Positions 24,915 to 38,559 of a stretch of DNA of 64,000 bases are shown piece by piece (within the stretch, counting starts at the first letter, position 1; each line of letters begins with the position of its first letter). A program made the position numbers and the translations under genes. A model generated the notes under the pieces. That model ran no database searches. It was not told the origin of the DNA and saw only the letters and a list, made by a program, of their open reading frames with translations. The DNA lies in contig JAQFVV010000006.1 of the NCBI GenBank assembly GCA_028023455.1, positions 3,658,001 to 3,722,000 on the forward strand, written 5' to 3'. The stretch is from Epiperipatus broadwayi. Its lineage: Eukaryota > Animalia > Onychophora.

Positions 24915-25160
24915 AGATGTCCATTAAAGGATGAAGATTGGCTATCTTAATATAAGCTGAGTTTTGATTGTATATATGTGTGGAGATGATAATCTGGACC
25001 AAGTGATGAGTGCCGGTTTAGCACAAAATACATATATAGGTGATTACTTATCTTTTCGGCATATGTGTGATTAAGTGTGTCAGCGGTATGAGAAAGCATG
25101 GATGGTTGAGGGTCGCGTGAAAGTGTGAGTTCAATCCCCCTATATATTACATATATAAAT
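24915..25160 (+). mobile_element. Older family B hammerhead element
   Basis: ggaccaa-GTGATGA-gtgccggtttagcac-AAAA-tacatata-taggtg (core mutated); ends in gagttcaatcccc. Confidence 0.75.
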
Positions 25161-25492
25161 GCAAGTATGAAAAAGCCTGTACTATAGAGAGAGAAAACAA
25201 ATCATATTTCAAAATAAAATAAGAAAATAAATGCATGGATGCAAAGTATGTTTATGCATGTTTAAAATACGATAATTTAATAGGGATTTTATGTGCATCA
25301 TCTTACCCAATATCTTTGTATTTCAAATAGTACTGTTACAATAATGATGTATTTAAACCTAATAGATTTTATATGTAATCTAATACCTCAAATATGACTT
25401 TTATATTGTAAATATGGAGTGAAAATGTTTCTTTAATTAACAATAGCAAAAGAGAAGTATTAAAGAATTAGCAATTGCTTTATTACGTAATA

Positions 25493-26047
25493 ACTTAAAC
25501 ATACAGGCTTATTATATACCTGTGTCTATATGTGTAATATATAGAGTATATGAGCACAGACTTTCACACGACCCACCACTCTCCACACTATCTCATAACA
25601 CTGATACACTTGAACACATGTATGTTGAAGAGATAAATAATCACCAATATACGTATTTCATGCTAAACCAACAATCATCAGTTGGTCCAGATTACCATCT
25701 CTACACATATATGCTATAAGTGCTCAGATATATATTAATATAGTCATTCCTCATACTTTACTGGACAGGCTTCAATCTATTCCACACTCCAACTCTTCAA
25801 CCATCCATCCCATTGAAAATCTGATGATGTAATGCTCAAAGGCCACCCTGAGGCTGAGATTCTTGTCACACCCATGTTGACCTAAGGTCAATCTGACCCC
25901 TCATGTATAGGACATAATCCATTTAATACATATACAAGGGATGGGCAGACATCTCTACTATACGTATATTGGTGATTATTTATCTTTTCAACATATATGT
26001 GTTCAAGTGTATCAGTGTTATGAGATATTGTGGAGAGTGGTGGATAG
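25493..26047. mobile_element. Family B element: one full ~465-nt monomer (minus) plus short inverted arm, 14-bp TSD
   Basis: TSD tttattacgtaata at 25479-25492 and 26048-26061; high similarity to 61218-62442. Confidence 0.92.
25643..25686 (-). ncRNA. Type I hammerhead ribozyme (family B)
   Basis: ACCAA-CUGAUGA-UUGUUG GUU UAGCAU-GAAA-UACGUA-UA-UUGGU: stem I ACCAA/UUGGU, palindrome AUACGUAU, AUA triplet. Confidence 0.75.
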
Positions 26048-26761
26048 TTTATTACGTAATATAAAATAGACGATAAAAAACGAATAATAACAAGAAAAAG
26101 ATTATATAAAATGTCTAATAAATTTTAATATTTGACTTCCTAAATCTAATTTGAACTAACATTAAATAGAAATAGAGTATTTAAAAAAATAATCATCAAT
26201 TGAACTACTGGAGGATAGTCATAATGATCAACGATAAATGCTCTATGTGGATCTTATTTAGTTTGATTCTACTCCTAATCAATTATTAATCAACCTCACT
26301 TAATACTGGATATGTTTTTAAATTTTTTAAGACAAGCAAATACAATCATTGCTTAGCATACCTAGATGATATTTACCACATTGGGCTTATTTATTTCACT
26401 CCGAGATGTTTTACTGGATTCATTTGCAGGCCTAAATTTTAAGAGTGCTACTCCACTAACAAAATGTAACTAGATCATTAGGATGCTTTGTTACATACTC
26501 TATAACAGTGTAAAATTAATCTACTCATTCAATTAGGGATGATTAACTCCATTTAAGTTTGAGGTTCTAACTTAAGAACTCTTAGAACATATACTAATTG
26601 CAGTATTACCCAGTTTTATATAAGTTTAATAGTTTCTTACATTTACACAATGTAAACCTAAGGTGAATCCCATTCAATTCCATTCAATATTACCAATAAA
26701 AATATTAAATAAATATACGGTCTGTATATGAGCATAGTAATATTTAAGAAACTTTATTATT

Positions 26762-26763
<2 letters not shown>

Positions 26764-26831
<68 letters not shown>

Positions 26832-26850
26832 CAACAACAACAACAACAAC
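26764..26850. repeat. (AAT)n(AAC)n microsatellite
   Basis: Direct reading. Confidence 0.97.
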
Positions 26851-27439
26851 TAACTAACTAAGAAAGAAACAATTATGAGAACGTGCATTAAATAATCTTC
26901 AGGTTGCGGACGATTTAAAATTTATCTCAATGAAATATTGATACCATATTCCAAAGTTCTTGAAAATTTATAAGCACATTAAAAATAACAGTATCAAATA
27001 TGATATAAAGCACGATTAATTTCATTTTGTAATATAATCCTTTCTGGAGCACAATATTAACATTAATAACTTCATTTAGCATACTTTGTTAATCTAGTTT
27101 AAGATTGTTATATATAACTTCGATGTTGATCATATTTAATATTTGCTTTCATAATCTGTTATTTAAGAATGACATTTAAATATTTAGCTTTTATAATCCA
27201 TTATCCATTGAATGGTATTTAAATTTTTTTAACAGTGATAATCCGTAATGCATTTCTTTAAGCATTGGTTACAAATATATAGCTTGTTACACTCAGCAAT
27301 TTAATTCATTCGAACAGATGTTATAATTTTATTTAAAAGATTAGCGTTCGTTACTTCTTTAATTTGAGATATATAATTAATCTTATTTATAGATCTTTAA
27401 TCCATGATGCCAGTAATTCTGATCTTAACTCTGATAAAG

Positions 27440-28180
27440 CAAATAGTTTTATTATCCATAACAAGGTGATTTTCATTTATTTTTGATTCAAAGGGATGTG
27501 ACAAATAAATTAAATATAAGAAAATTTAACTATGGACATTAGAGCCCAAATACCTGGACCTTATTTTGAAAGTCAACTGGTAGCTTTGCCAACCAATTTT
27601 TTTCTGTCATTTAAAAAAGGGATTACCAAAATTAATCCCATATGTCAACTTTGTCTGAAGGAAAAAGAAACCATTCCTCATGTTCTGTTCCATTGTCAGG
27701 TGATTAATATACAAAAAATTGAAGCCCTATCCAATACAAAACAATCAAAACCTTCTCTTCTCTCATTATTGGAATGTCTTAAAAGTGAATATTTTTCCTC
27801 TATCATGATGTCGATATTCCTGTTGTTTATGTTTTGGCCTATCAGATGTAAAATCATGTTTACCTCAACGAGAAAGAACACTGTGAACTTATTCCACAAT
27901 ATGCTCAAAAGGTGTAAACTTAGAGATAGAACATGGGCATTACTGGATATTCATGCAGCAACATGGAGCTTAATTGCCTTTCCTATTGGACTGGGTTCGA
28001 TCTGACTTTTTCTTGAGAACACATTCATTCGATATAGGACACCAGACAATGCATATTGGCTGTCAAGGACGATTATATTTTGGATTTAAGATTGTAAATA
28101 TAGATTGTATATCAACCACTATGTTATTTTACTGTAAAATTTAGCAATGAATAGAGATTTTTTGTTTTAAAAAAAAAGTT
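27440..28180 (+). mobile_element. L1/Tx1-type LINE 3' fragment (zf-RVT)
   Basis: CQLCLKEKETIPHVLFHC in ORF 27532-28005; A-rich end at ~28170. Confidence 0.75.
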
Positions 28181-28379
28181 CAGCATTTAACTAAGCAACA
28201 AGTGTAATATTATTTAAAGTTTTCCCTTACATAATTAAAGCTGAAGTAAATTCACAATAGTGAGTCATATATGCATATTTTCCTGAAGTAAAAGAAGAAT
28301 TATTTTATCATATTTTGAAAATAAACATTAGCTGCTCATTTGACGTTAATAAATATAATTTTCTAATTATATCAGCTTT

Positions 28380-29104
28380 ATAAAACAGGCAAAACTCTCC
28401 CTACAGTAGTGCCACTCAGTGCAAGCCAGAATAATCAATGGATGCCAAAAGGCTTGTGCATAAAATCCCCATCTAGTGCCTACTAATTCAATATCCCCAG
28501 ACTAGTTTCTAGCTTGTGGCTTTCATCAGTGAGAAGCCTTGGATCTGAGAGCACCAACTAGATCTTAGGATCTAATGCAACCCTCCAGCCCCCACCTTTT
28601 ATCTTTACTTAACTACAAAACTATGAGTTTAAAATTGAAAACACATTATCAATCCAAACTTATTAGCTTATATAGTCATATAAGGTCTGAACTCAGTTCA
28701 GTACCCATACATTTTGGTGTCTTTGGTTCTTTAATAACCATAGCCACCACTACCCTATTAGGCAGGAGTGTTATTAAACCACTAAGGATCACATGATTAC
28801 CATTTTTATGCTTGCTCATAACTGTTATTAAAACAGGCAAAATTCTACACATAGTAGTGCCACTCAGTGCAAGCCAGAGTAATCAATGGATGCCAGAAGG
28901 CTTGTGCATAAAATCCCTATCTAGTGCCTACTTGTCCAATATACCCAGACTAGTTTCTAGATTGTGGCTTTCATCAGTGAGGAGCCTCAGATCTGAGAGC
29001 ACTGCACCTAGATCTTAGGATACTATAGTGTAGAGTTTTGCTTGTTTTAATAACAGTTATGAGCAAGCATAAGAAATGGTAATCATGTGATGCTTAGTGG
29101 TCTA
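28380..29104. mobile_element. Family A element, tandem with 448-bp period plus inverted tail, 11-bp TSD
   Basis: Hammerheads at 28494-28535 and 28942-28983 (minus). TSD atatcagcttt at 28369-28379 and 29105-29115. Confidence 0.95.
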
Positions 29105-30290
29105 ATATCAGCTTTTTACTGTCATGACCAATTGAAAAAGTCCAGCAATTTATTGTTGAAGTTGTGAGACAGCATTCCGTGTCACTTTATCCACTAAAAG
29201 TTGACAGCAATAAATAAGATTTCTTAAAATAAAGAATTAATTAATCAACAATGATTTCTGTTTTACTTGTTCTCATTCAATGAGAAGTTATTTTTAACCA
29301 GAAAAGGCAAAATTCATAGTGCTAGCCTAGCCAATCATCATACAGCTGGCAAACAAAATGGCTACTTAAAAGTTTTGATCTGCTTATATTTTGAACGCAA
29401 TAAAAATTTGTAAAGACTGTCTGGATTTTCCAAATTTTAGCTTTGTTGTCTATTTAATCAGCTGATGTCTGATTCAATATAGTTCCCATTAAGCATTGGG
29501 GTTTCTTGACTTTTCTAGGAAAACTTGGACAAGGTTGGCATGGTTGTTGACAGGCAAATGTCAGACATTAAATTTTTTTAATCACCTTGGTAAAACTTCG
29601 CAGTTCAAAAATGAAGAAAAAAGAATACAATAATTTCAATCATTCTTGATTGCTATATTTTCTCTTCTGGGTTTTAAAATAATATTATGAAAATTTATTT
29701 AAAATAGCTTACAAACTTTTTTTTAAAAGTTCTCAGATATTTATTTAAATTAATTTTAAATTGATTTTTTTTTTTTAATAAATAGTATTACTTAATTAAT
29801 ATTCTAGAAAACCAAACCAATGAATTTTACTAAATAAAAATACATAATCTTTAACACACACACACAAAATATTAAATGTAAGAACTGTTTGTTTTACTCG
29901 TAAATAAAAATGTAATCTGGAAATATAATTGCTTTACTTTAAAATATTTTATTGTTGTAATGTTACATTTCTAATTCTTTTCAATATTTCTATACTGAAT
30001 TATATTTGGTTTCTGTGAATGAGCATCTCTACTTATTTGTACAAAGAATAATGTCAAAAATATAAACGTACATATTTTAATACCAGCACCAATCATATAA
30101 CCTACTTGATAATCCATTCAAAGATCGTTTATAAAATTATATTGTCTCTTAGTATGAGAGACTATTAAACATGATATTGATTATCTAAAATGCTAAACAT
30201 CCAATGGTCATGATGAATATATTTGCTTAACTATAAAAAACAAAGCCGACAAAATTTTTACAGTTTTTTTTAATTATAACCCTCTTACAA

Positions 30291-30618
30291 ACAAACAAAA
30301 CTCTCCATACTGTAGTGCCACTCATTGTAAGTCAGAGTAATCAATGGATGTCAGAAGGCTTGTGCATAAATTCCCTATCTAATGCCTACTCATCCAATAT
30401 CCCCAGACTAGTTTCTGATATGTGACCTTCATCAGTGAGGAGTCTGAGGATATTGGATAAGTAGGTACTAGATAGGGATTTTATGTACAAGCCTTCTGGC
30501 ATTCATTAATTACTCTGGCTTGTACTGAGTGACACTACTGTATGGAGAGTTTTGCATGTTTTAATAACAGTTATGAGCAAGCAAAAGAAATGGTGATCAT
30601 GTGATATTTGGTGGTTTA
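30291..30618. mobile_element. Family A element, inverted pair, 15-bp TSD; hammerhead 30400-30441 (minus)
   Basis: TSD ataaccct(c/t)ttacaa at 30276-30290 and 30619-30633. The plus arm starts at the cleavage-site sequence (ag)tc-tg. Confidence 0.92.
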
Positions 30619-31556
30619 ATAACCCTTTTACAAGTTTCCAGTTTCCTTCGGTCTCAGTTATTATAAACATTCAACATTAAATTTAAGGTTAAACCATTAT
30701 CACTTATCAGAAATTAATAAATTTGACTTTGTTTAATAGATATTTTTGTTTACTACTGATGTAAATTCTGAATATTCAGATTTTATACTTAAAAATATTT
30801 AAAAAATCAGATTGTTATCAAAACAAAAAGCTTATTACATTATCATTTCTGGAAAGATTATTTTAGTTTTTTAAAATCAAGAAAATCTTCATTATTTGTC
30901 ATTTTTTAAAAAATCTGAACAAATATTTATTTATTTCTTTTATATCTAATGAATTACACTTTAAAAGTTTACATTTTTTCAATGGTTATTATAAAATTGT
31001 TATTTTCATAGTTATTATAATTAGATTGATTACATAGGAAGCTAAACTTGTAAACAGCTTCAGTATATATTTGCATTGTCCAATAATATAACATTCTATT
31101 TTTGAAAATAAAGTATTTCTGTTTGAAATAAATTATTAATTTTTATTATTGATTTTTAATAAATATTATATAAATAATTGTATAAAAAGAATTTAGAATA
31201 ATAGTAAAATTGCAATAAACATGTTTCTGGTTGTTCAAACTATTTTCTCTAAACATTCATAAAAATGGTGATGTCAAAAAAATATCAGACTACAAAAGCA
31301 TTGTTTGTCTAAGCAGTTAATAGGTGGAGCTAAAGTTTTGTTATCTTTGCTGAATTTTTAATTTTCTTGCCATCTATGGAATTTTTTTCAAACTAAAATT
31401 TTATATTATAATGTATATAGAAAAATAAGCATATTTCAATATAAAGCTTGCAAAAATTTTCACAAAGGGGGCAAATTATTGAAAAATATGAGAAAACATG
31501 GATCAAGCATTGAGAGAAATAATAGACCAATTTACAGAAGCATTTATAAGGTTACA

Positions 31557-31557
<1 letters not shown>

Positions 31558-31594
<37 letters not shown>

Positions 31595-31793
31595 AAATAT
31601 TAATATATAACAAACTAACCAAAGGAAATACATATAAAAACAAAAAAATAAAGACTTATAAATCCAATAAATAATATAATATTTCAACCAGAGGACTGGT
31701 TTTCATCAGAAAGAAAAAAAATACACAGTAAAATGGCGATAATCAAAAATTACAGATTTGGCAAAAGATTAAAAATTTAACAAAACCCCCGTG

Positions 31794-31836
<43 letters not shown>
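31558..31836. repeat. Two (TA)n microsatellites (31558-31592, 31796-31836)
   Basis: Direct reading. Confidence 0.95.
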
Positions 31837-31838
<2 letters not shown>

Positions 31839-33193
31839 ATATATCTTGTGACTTTACCCAAATTACTTCCACTCTTTGCATTAGAAGCAATAATTCACTT
31901 TATTTAATTAATCCCAGTACCTCTATCATGCAATAAAAGTTGAATGGGGGCCATATTCAAATCCCTAGACTAATATTTGGCTATTGGCTTTCACCAGCCT
32001 GAAGCATTAAATTTGCACCTGCTTATTTAGTAATTACTTTTACGCTAATGAACTATGATTTAAGTATTATGGAGAAACTGATTCAGTAATCCAGTAAACA
32101 CTGCATGTTATAGTGTCTTCAAATTATATGCTACAAAATAGTATATACCAAGCAAAGTTCCACAAACTTTTCCAGCTTTTTTGCAATGCTTGTTTTAGCA
32201 GCAAAATCCATTAGTCTCATTCCTCCAAAACTGTATAATTATTCATCCATGTAACTCCACATCTGGCATCTATTGTAAGCATGTGTAATCAATAGATGTT
32301 TGATGGTAGTGTTTATTAAACTTTCTATCCTACGCTGATTTATTGAGTAATCCATCAATGAAGAATTTTAGATCTGGATCTAAAGGATTCAGAATTTTTT
32401 GATTAATAAGATATTCCTTTGCATTTAATAAATACTTTTAAAATAGATGGCAGAAAGGGAGTAGTGTAAATCAATAGTTCCTGACAAACATTGTGCATCT
32501 GGGGTCATGTTATGTTATTTTTATATTATACTTACATAAATAAATTGGTATGGGGATTAGAATCATAGATTATTAATTTCAATAGTATCAAAAACTAAAA
32601 TGGTGTTTAGATGGAAGGGAAAATAATCAATAATCCTCATGAAAGCCAATAGCCATAAAGTAGTCTTGAGAAGAATGTTGGGATCTACAGTTTTAAAGCT
32701 TTTAATTGGCAATCAGATATCACTGTGTAATTTAGGATTATGGTAGAGTGATGGACTAAACATTTCTCTATTAAAAGACAATTTGCCATTTTGTTACTTT
32801 TAACACTTAACTATCATATGACCTCCCATGTAGCAAATAATTTGACTATTTTTGACTGTGTGTGTTTTGATGCAGAAGTAGAATTAAGAACTAATATTCT
32901 CAGAATGAAGCCCACATATCACTATTGCATCAGATATCACATGACCCCAAAGCAACTAACTATTTGTATTTTTTTATCTCTTTAATTAATAATTTCAAGC
33001 TTAACTTCAAACATGCCAACTCTCAATATTACAGAACACTTATAGCAATATAAAAAGATAATGTAAAATATCTGATCACTATAACTTTTAATATTAACCA
33101 ATTCATCAGTAGGAAATTCGCAAGAGATAATTCAGATGGACAAATCCAAGATATTGTATTTAAATATATTTAAATTGTCTAATATAATGTTAA

Positions 33194-33904
33194 CAAAGGC
33201 AAAACTCTCCATACAGTAGTGCCACCCTATGCCAAACAGAGTAATCAATGGATGCCAGAAGGCTTATGCATAAAATCCCTATCTAGTGCCTACTCATCCA
33301 ATATCCCCAGACTAGTTTCTGGCTTGTGGCCATCATCAGTGAGGAGCCTTGGATCTGAGAGCACTGCACCTAGATCTTAGGATCTCACATAATTGTTATA
33401 AACAAAGGCAAAACTCTCCATACAGTAGTGCCACCCTGTGCCAAACAGGGTAATCAATGGATGCCAGAAGGCTTATGCATAAAATCCCTATCTAGTGCCT
33501 ACTCATCCAATATCCCCAGACTAGTTTCTGGCTTGTGGCCATCATCAGTGAGGAGCCTTGGATCTGAGAGCACTGCACTTAGTTCTTAGGCATCCATTGA
33601 TTACTCTGTTTGGCACAGGGTGGCACTACTGCATGGAGAGTTTTGCCTTTGTTTACAACAATTATGTGGAGATCCTAAGTGCAGTGCTCTCAGATCCAAG
33701 GCTCCTCACTGATGATGGCCACAAGCCAGAAACTAGTCTGGGGATATTGGATGAGTAGGCACTAGATAGGAATTTTATGCATAAGCCTTCTGGCATCCAT
33801 TGATTACTCTGTTTGGCACAGGGTGGCACTACTGTATGGAGAGTTTTGCCTTTGTTTATGACAATTATGTGCTAGTATAGAGATGGTGATCATGTGATGT
33901 TTAG
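33194..33904. mobile_element. Family A short variant: 209-bp tandem monomers in inverted arrangement, three intact hammerheads, 14-bp TSD
   Basis: Hammerheads at 33304-33345 (-), 33513-33554 (-) and 33703-33744 (+). TSD taatataat(g/a)ttaa at 33180-33193 and 33905-33918. Confidence 0.95.
33703..33744 (+). ncRNA. Type I hammerhead ribozyme (family A), fully paired stem II, predicted cleavage after C33738
   Basis: UCCUCA-CUGAUGA-UGGC CACAA GCCA-GAAA-CUAG-UC-UGGGGA. Confidence 0.88.
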
Positions 33905-34569
33905 TAATATAATATTAAGAAGTTTTATTCATAATAACTGGTTACTCAGGCAAAAAAGGTTTGAAATGAGTTTTGATCAAATTACAAACTTTGTAGTGTA
34001 TTTCTCTAGTCGAATATAATTATTTGTTTTGTTTCAATTTTTTATTTATGAAGATAAGACAATTTATTTAATTGACAGGTCTTTGAATAAGCATTAAACT
34101 TTGGATCTTGGAGAAATTATTGAGAAAAACTTTCTTTTACTCTTATCTCAATGTCTATGGATCATGGTCCAGTTGTGTTACTTCTGATACTCCCTTTTTT
34201 TACAAGCTCCCAAGTTGAACAAATCTTACAGCTTATTACTTTAGTTTTTGCCTAATTCCACGAATTTTAAGATCTGTGGCATATAGAGTTTGCTTGTCCA
34301 CTTCAATGCATTATTTTTTTCCTTTTTGTACCTATTACACTTAAAAGATCTTGTCTCAAAATCTTATATTATTTTTGAGATTTGATCTTTTCTTTTCCAG
34401 CTAAGTTTAATTCTGAATTTTTTTACCATATTAAAACCAAAACAATGTGATTTTATTTTATGTTACTAAGGTGATATTTCTTGATGTGCCGTGATGCACT
34501 GTGACTTCTTATAATCTAGACCTCATAATCTAATGCAATCCTGCAACAGCCATTTTTATCTATTTGGTT

Positions 34570-35130
34570 AACTAGTATGGGGATGTTGGATGAGCAGGCA
34601 CTAGATAGGGATTTTATGCACAAACTTTCTTACGTTCATTGATTAAGAAGGCTTGCACTTGGTGGCATTATTGTAAAGAGTATTTGGTAGTCTTATTAAC
34701 AGCTTGTGTAAGCATATAAAAAGTGATCATGTGATGTTTTGTTGGTTTTATACCTGTTCTGCCCATAGAATAATGGTAACTGTGGTTTTTGAAAAACTAA
34801 ATACATTAAAATGTATAGATGCTCAACTGAGTTCACATCTATATGACTATATAAGCAAATGAGCTTAGGTTGGAAACATTGTGGTGTTTTCATTTTGGGA
34901 TCCTAGCTCTATAGTTAACCAAATAGGTAGAATGTGGCTGCTGGAGTATTGAATTAGATCTTAAGTTCTAAGTGCAGTGCTCTCAAATACAAAGCTCACT
35001 GATGAAAGCCACAAGCTAAAAACTGGTCTGGGGATATTAGATGAGTAAGCACTACATATGGATTTTATGCACAAACCTTATATCCATTGATTATGAAGGC
35101 TTGCACTTGATGGCACTATTGTATGGAAAA
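34570..35130 (+). mobile_element. Family A element, ~1.25 tandem monomers (451-bp period), cores mutated
   Basis: actagtatgggg at 34571 and actggtctgggg at 35022. Confidence 0.88.
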
Positions 35131-36369
35131 TTTAGTGCTCTTATATTCTGTGTACTTAATTCATTAAAGTAAATGTGTAAGTATTGTTATATTATGAATA
35201 AGGCTTTAATACATGATGTTCATGAATAAAACAATATATAACATTAGTAGCTTTCTATAGACCACTTCTATTAATAAAAATAAACTTTTTTCCTTACTTT
35301 TTCATGCAATTTATCTGCATATATTTTCATGCCATGGTACTATGTCATGTATTATGTTCATAAAATTTCATTTTTATAAATGTATGCAATCAGGATTATT
35401 AATTAGTCATTATATCTTCTTGCTTTGGTTCTAATGGCAGACAAAGGGATATCTAATCATGAATAGATAGCTTTTACAATGTTGCTATTTCTTTTTTCTG
35501 ACATCATACAGGCTGTGGTCATCATCAACAGAAAGATTATGCAATCCAGAGATTGTCTAACATACTCTGATTTTTAGTAATGCATTCTTTTTGTTTCTAT
35601 TTTGATGATTCTGATCATTTTTAAATACTGTCAAGCAACAGTCAACATTAATAGAGTAACTGTTTCCAAGTATTGATAATCTTTGATTATTTTTCCAAAA
35701 GCAAATTCTTCAGCTACCATATAATGGTTGTTCCCAGATGTTTCCTCAATGTACCTGCAATAAGACAAGTACTGTACATCAACAATAAGAAGAGAAAAAG
35801 AGTGACTTGTTGTCTATTTTTTATATCCTTTTCATAAGCACTCAAGGCGCATGTGCTATGGTTATAGTCTTATTTAAGTATAACAATAGAATGTAACTCT
35901 CTCCCAGGAAAAATTTAGCCATTTTAATCATATTTCCTTAAATCATTAATTAAGTCTACCATTTTTTTTTATTATAAATGCCTGAACATTTATATGTTTG
36001 AAATTAAATCATTAATGAATTTTTATATATATACAAAAGAAATAAGATAAGGTACATTTTCTTTTCTTATCTTCAAATAACGTAAATTAATTAAGGGATT
36101 GTTTTTAATTATATCTAAAACAAAATTTGATATATATATTTTTTTACTTAGTAAACTAGTTAGTATAAAATAGCAGTATTTTTATTATATATTGCAATTA
36201 AAATATATACTTATACATACATCATAATGATATATATCTGTGTGCTTACAATACAATAATTATAATAAGATCATTTCATAATAGAAATATTAATTTTATT
36301 ATTTACAATTAAAATTTTATATGATAAATCTTTTTATAAAAAATTAAGATATATATGATAATACAAACG

Positions 36370-36720
36370 CATATTATTTTCAACCATTATCAATCTACTG
36401 CATGATGCAGGTTTCTCCGAGTTCAATCCATCTTTTCTGATTTTTAGCCTCTTTTCTCCATATCACCCCAGCGCAATTCCTAAAATCCATCCATCTCACA
36501 TGTGGTCTCTTTCTAGGTATTTTAAATCTTTTGGAATCCAATTTAAAATTTCAACTGGCCATGTATTATCATCTCTTCTAGCAATATGTTAAAACCAATT
36601 CTACTTCCGTTTCTTAATTTTTTCAAAGATGTTAGTAACACCTGTTTGCTCTCTCAGCCGTGTATTTCGTTTTTGATCTTTTCTTATTACTTCTAACATA
36701 TATCTCTCAAACTATGTTGA
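36370..36720 (-). mobile_element. RTE-clade LINE 3' fragment
   Basis: MLEVIRKDQKRNTRLREQTGVTNIFEKIKKRK*NWF*HIARRDDNTW...RWMD...WRKEAKNQKRW matches the RTE C-terminal pattern (RN..IR...WAGHIARR...RW.D). Confidence 0.85.
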
Positions 36721-37729
36721 GTTGTCTGTAGTCTCTATATTGCTTTTATGTCGCATATATAACTATTATAAACATTATCTCTATATTACTTATATTTCTG
36801 TAGCTGATTTTTATATATCAGTATGGTCTTTGTGGAATATGGAACGTCATATTAATCTCAGTTTCGAACTATTAATATATATATATATATATATGCTTTG
36901 CGTAAAAAAAAGTTTTTATTCAATCGTATCATTTAAAATTATTTTATTTTCAGCTGGCAATAACTCCCACTCCGAATTTCATTGAAAAAATGTTCTTTGT
37001 AATGACTTTTCTCTGTCTAAATTTATCTTCTATCTATTTTGCTATCCTCTAATATATGTAAATATATTGGGATAATAAAAACTAAAGTTATCGATTTTGT
37101 AATGTGTCTGGTTCGATTGGAGTAGAAGTTTAACATTTTTTAGCACTTTGTTTAACAGATGACATTTTGTGTGCATCTATAAGATACTACTAGCGCGGGT
37201 GTAATCTAATTGTTAATGTATAAATTTAACGTTTGTCGCTCATAAAATATCTATTGCTTTCCAGAGCTACCTTACAATTACTTCATTTTCTGCTAATAGC
37301 TTATTTAAAAAAACAACTTCTAAATATAAATTTATTGATTCTAGTTGAATATTGAAATAGTTAAAATTTAACTCTAATAATATATAATAATTATTTATTA
37401 TGCCTTGCAGGGTATCATTCAGTGATAAAATGGCGGACCCTCAACCTTAACCTTAATTGTTGCTACAGGTCTGTATTTTTTATGCTTAAACGTCTTATGA
37501 ATATCCAAACAATAACCCATTCATATTTTGATGCTCAGTGATAGAGCGTGGACTGCGGAACTCAAAGTTTTGATTGCGGCTAGCTGCATCACATTTAGTT
37601 ATCTACCTTCTTATAAATTCCGAAAAACAAGCTCTTCATTTTTTATTTATCTTATAATAGTGTTATATTTGCTCTCTTATTATTTAATTAACCTTTTTAT
37701 ATATGGAAACATAATGGTCAGATAACATG

Positions 37730-38095
37730 AGGGGTTAGATTATCATAATGACCACATGGGTATGACTACAATATCAAATCCACTAAGGATTTTGACCATT
37801 CCATCATTGGTTTTTCAATAAAATGTATGGTTGAATAGTTGGAAGAGTGAGAAGATTGAAGCATGTCCATTAAGTTTTAAGGTATTGCTATCATAATATA
37901 AACTAAGCACTGATTGTGTATATGTGTGGGAGATTATAACTTGGCCCAACTGATGAATGCTGATTCTGCACAAAATACATATACTGAGGATCATCTATCT
38001 TTTTAGCATAGATATGGTCATGTGCGATGGTTGTTTGGGATGGAATGGAGGATGAATATAGACTGAGAAATCCTAAGTTCAAATTCCTCTGTCTT
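37730..38095 (+). mobile_element. Older family B hammerhead element
   Basis: cccaa-CTGATGA-atgctgattctgcac-AAAA-tacata-ta-ctgagg at ~37945-37990. Upstream blocks align with family B; ends in aagttcaaattcc. Confidence 0.7.
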
Positions 38096-38559
38096 ATTAT
38101 TTGTGTTGTTCAAATACTTATGTATATATGAGTCCACTCTCACAGACATAGCATACCCATATATAAGATAAGAGGATAAATTAATCTTTAATTAACTCAC
38201 TGCAATTCAAAAGTTTTTGAATATCCTCCCAAAAAGAGTGAAAAATGAATTATTCGTGGCCTATTGATAAATATTCACGGTTTTCTTTCTTTGCGTTGTC
38301 CTCTAGGTAAAAAAATTTAAATACCAAACAATTGAATGATTATCTATGGATTAATGGAAAAATTCAGGACCTATTTATAGCTTGAAAAATGTTTCAAATT
38401 TTATCTGACCCTAATTTGAACCCAGATTATGGCTGATGAACTAAAAATGTGCAGCACATGATTATTGGAGTTAACAGCACTTTAGATTTAATTATTTTTT
38501 TACTTATGTAGATTGTATAAATTGGATTTTAAAATTAAGTTTCGTATATATATGATTAA

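Noticed and set aside
28575-33758. ORFs inside family A copies (28575, 28812, 33558, 34696)
   Set aside because: Frames differ between copies and there are no protein motifs; conservation follows RNA structure.
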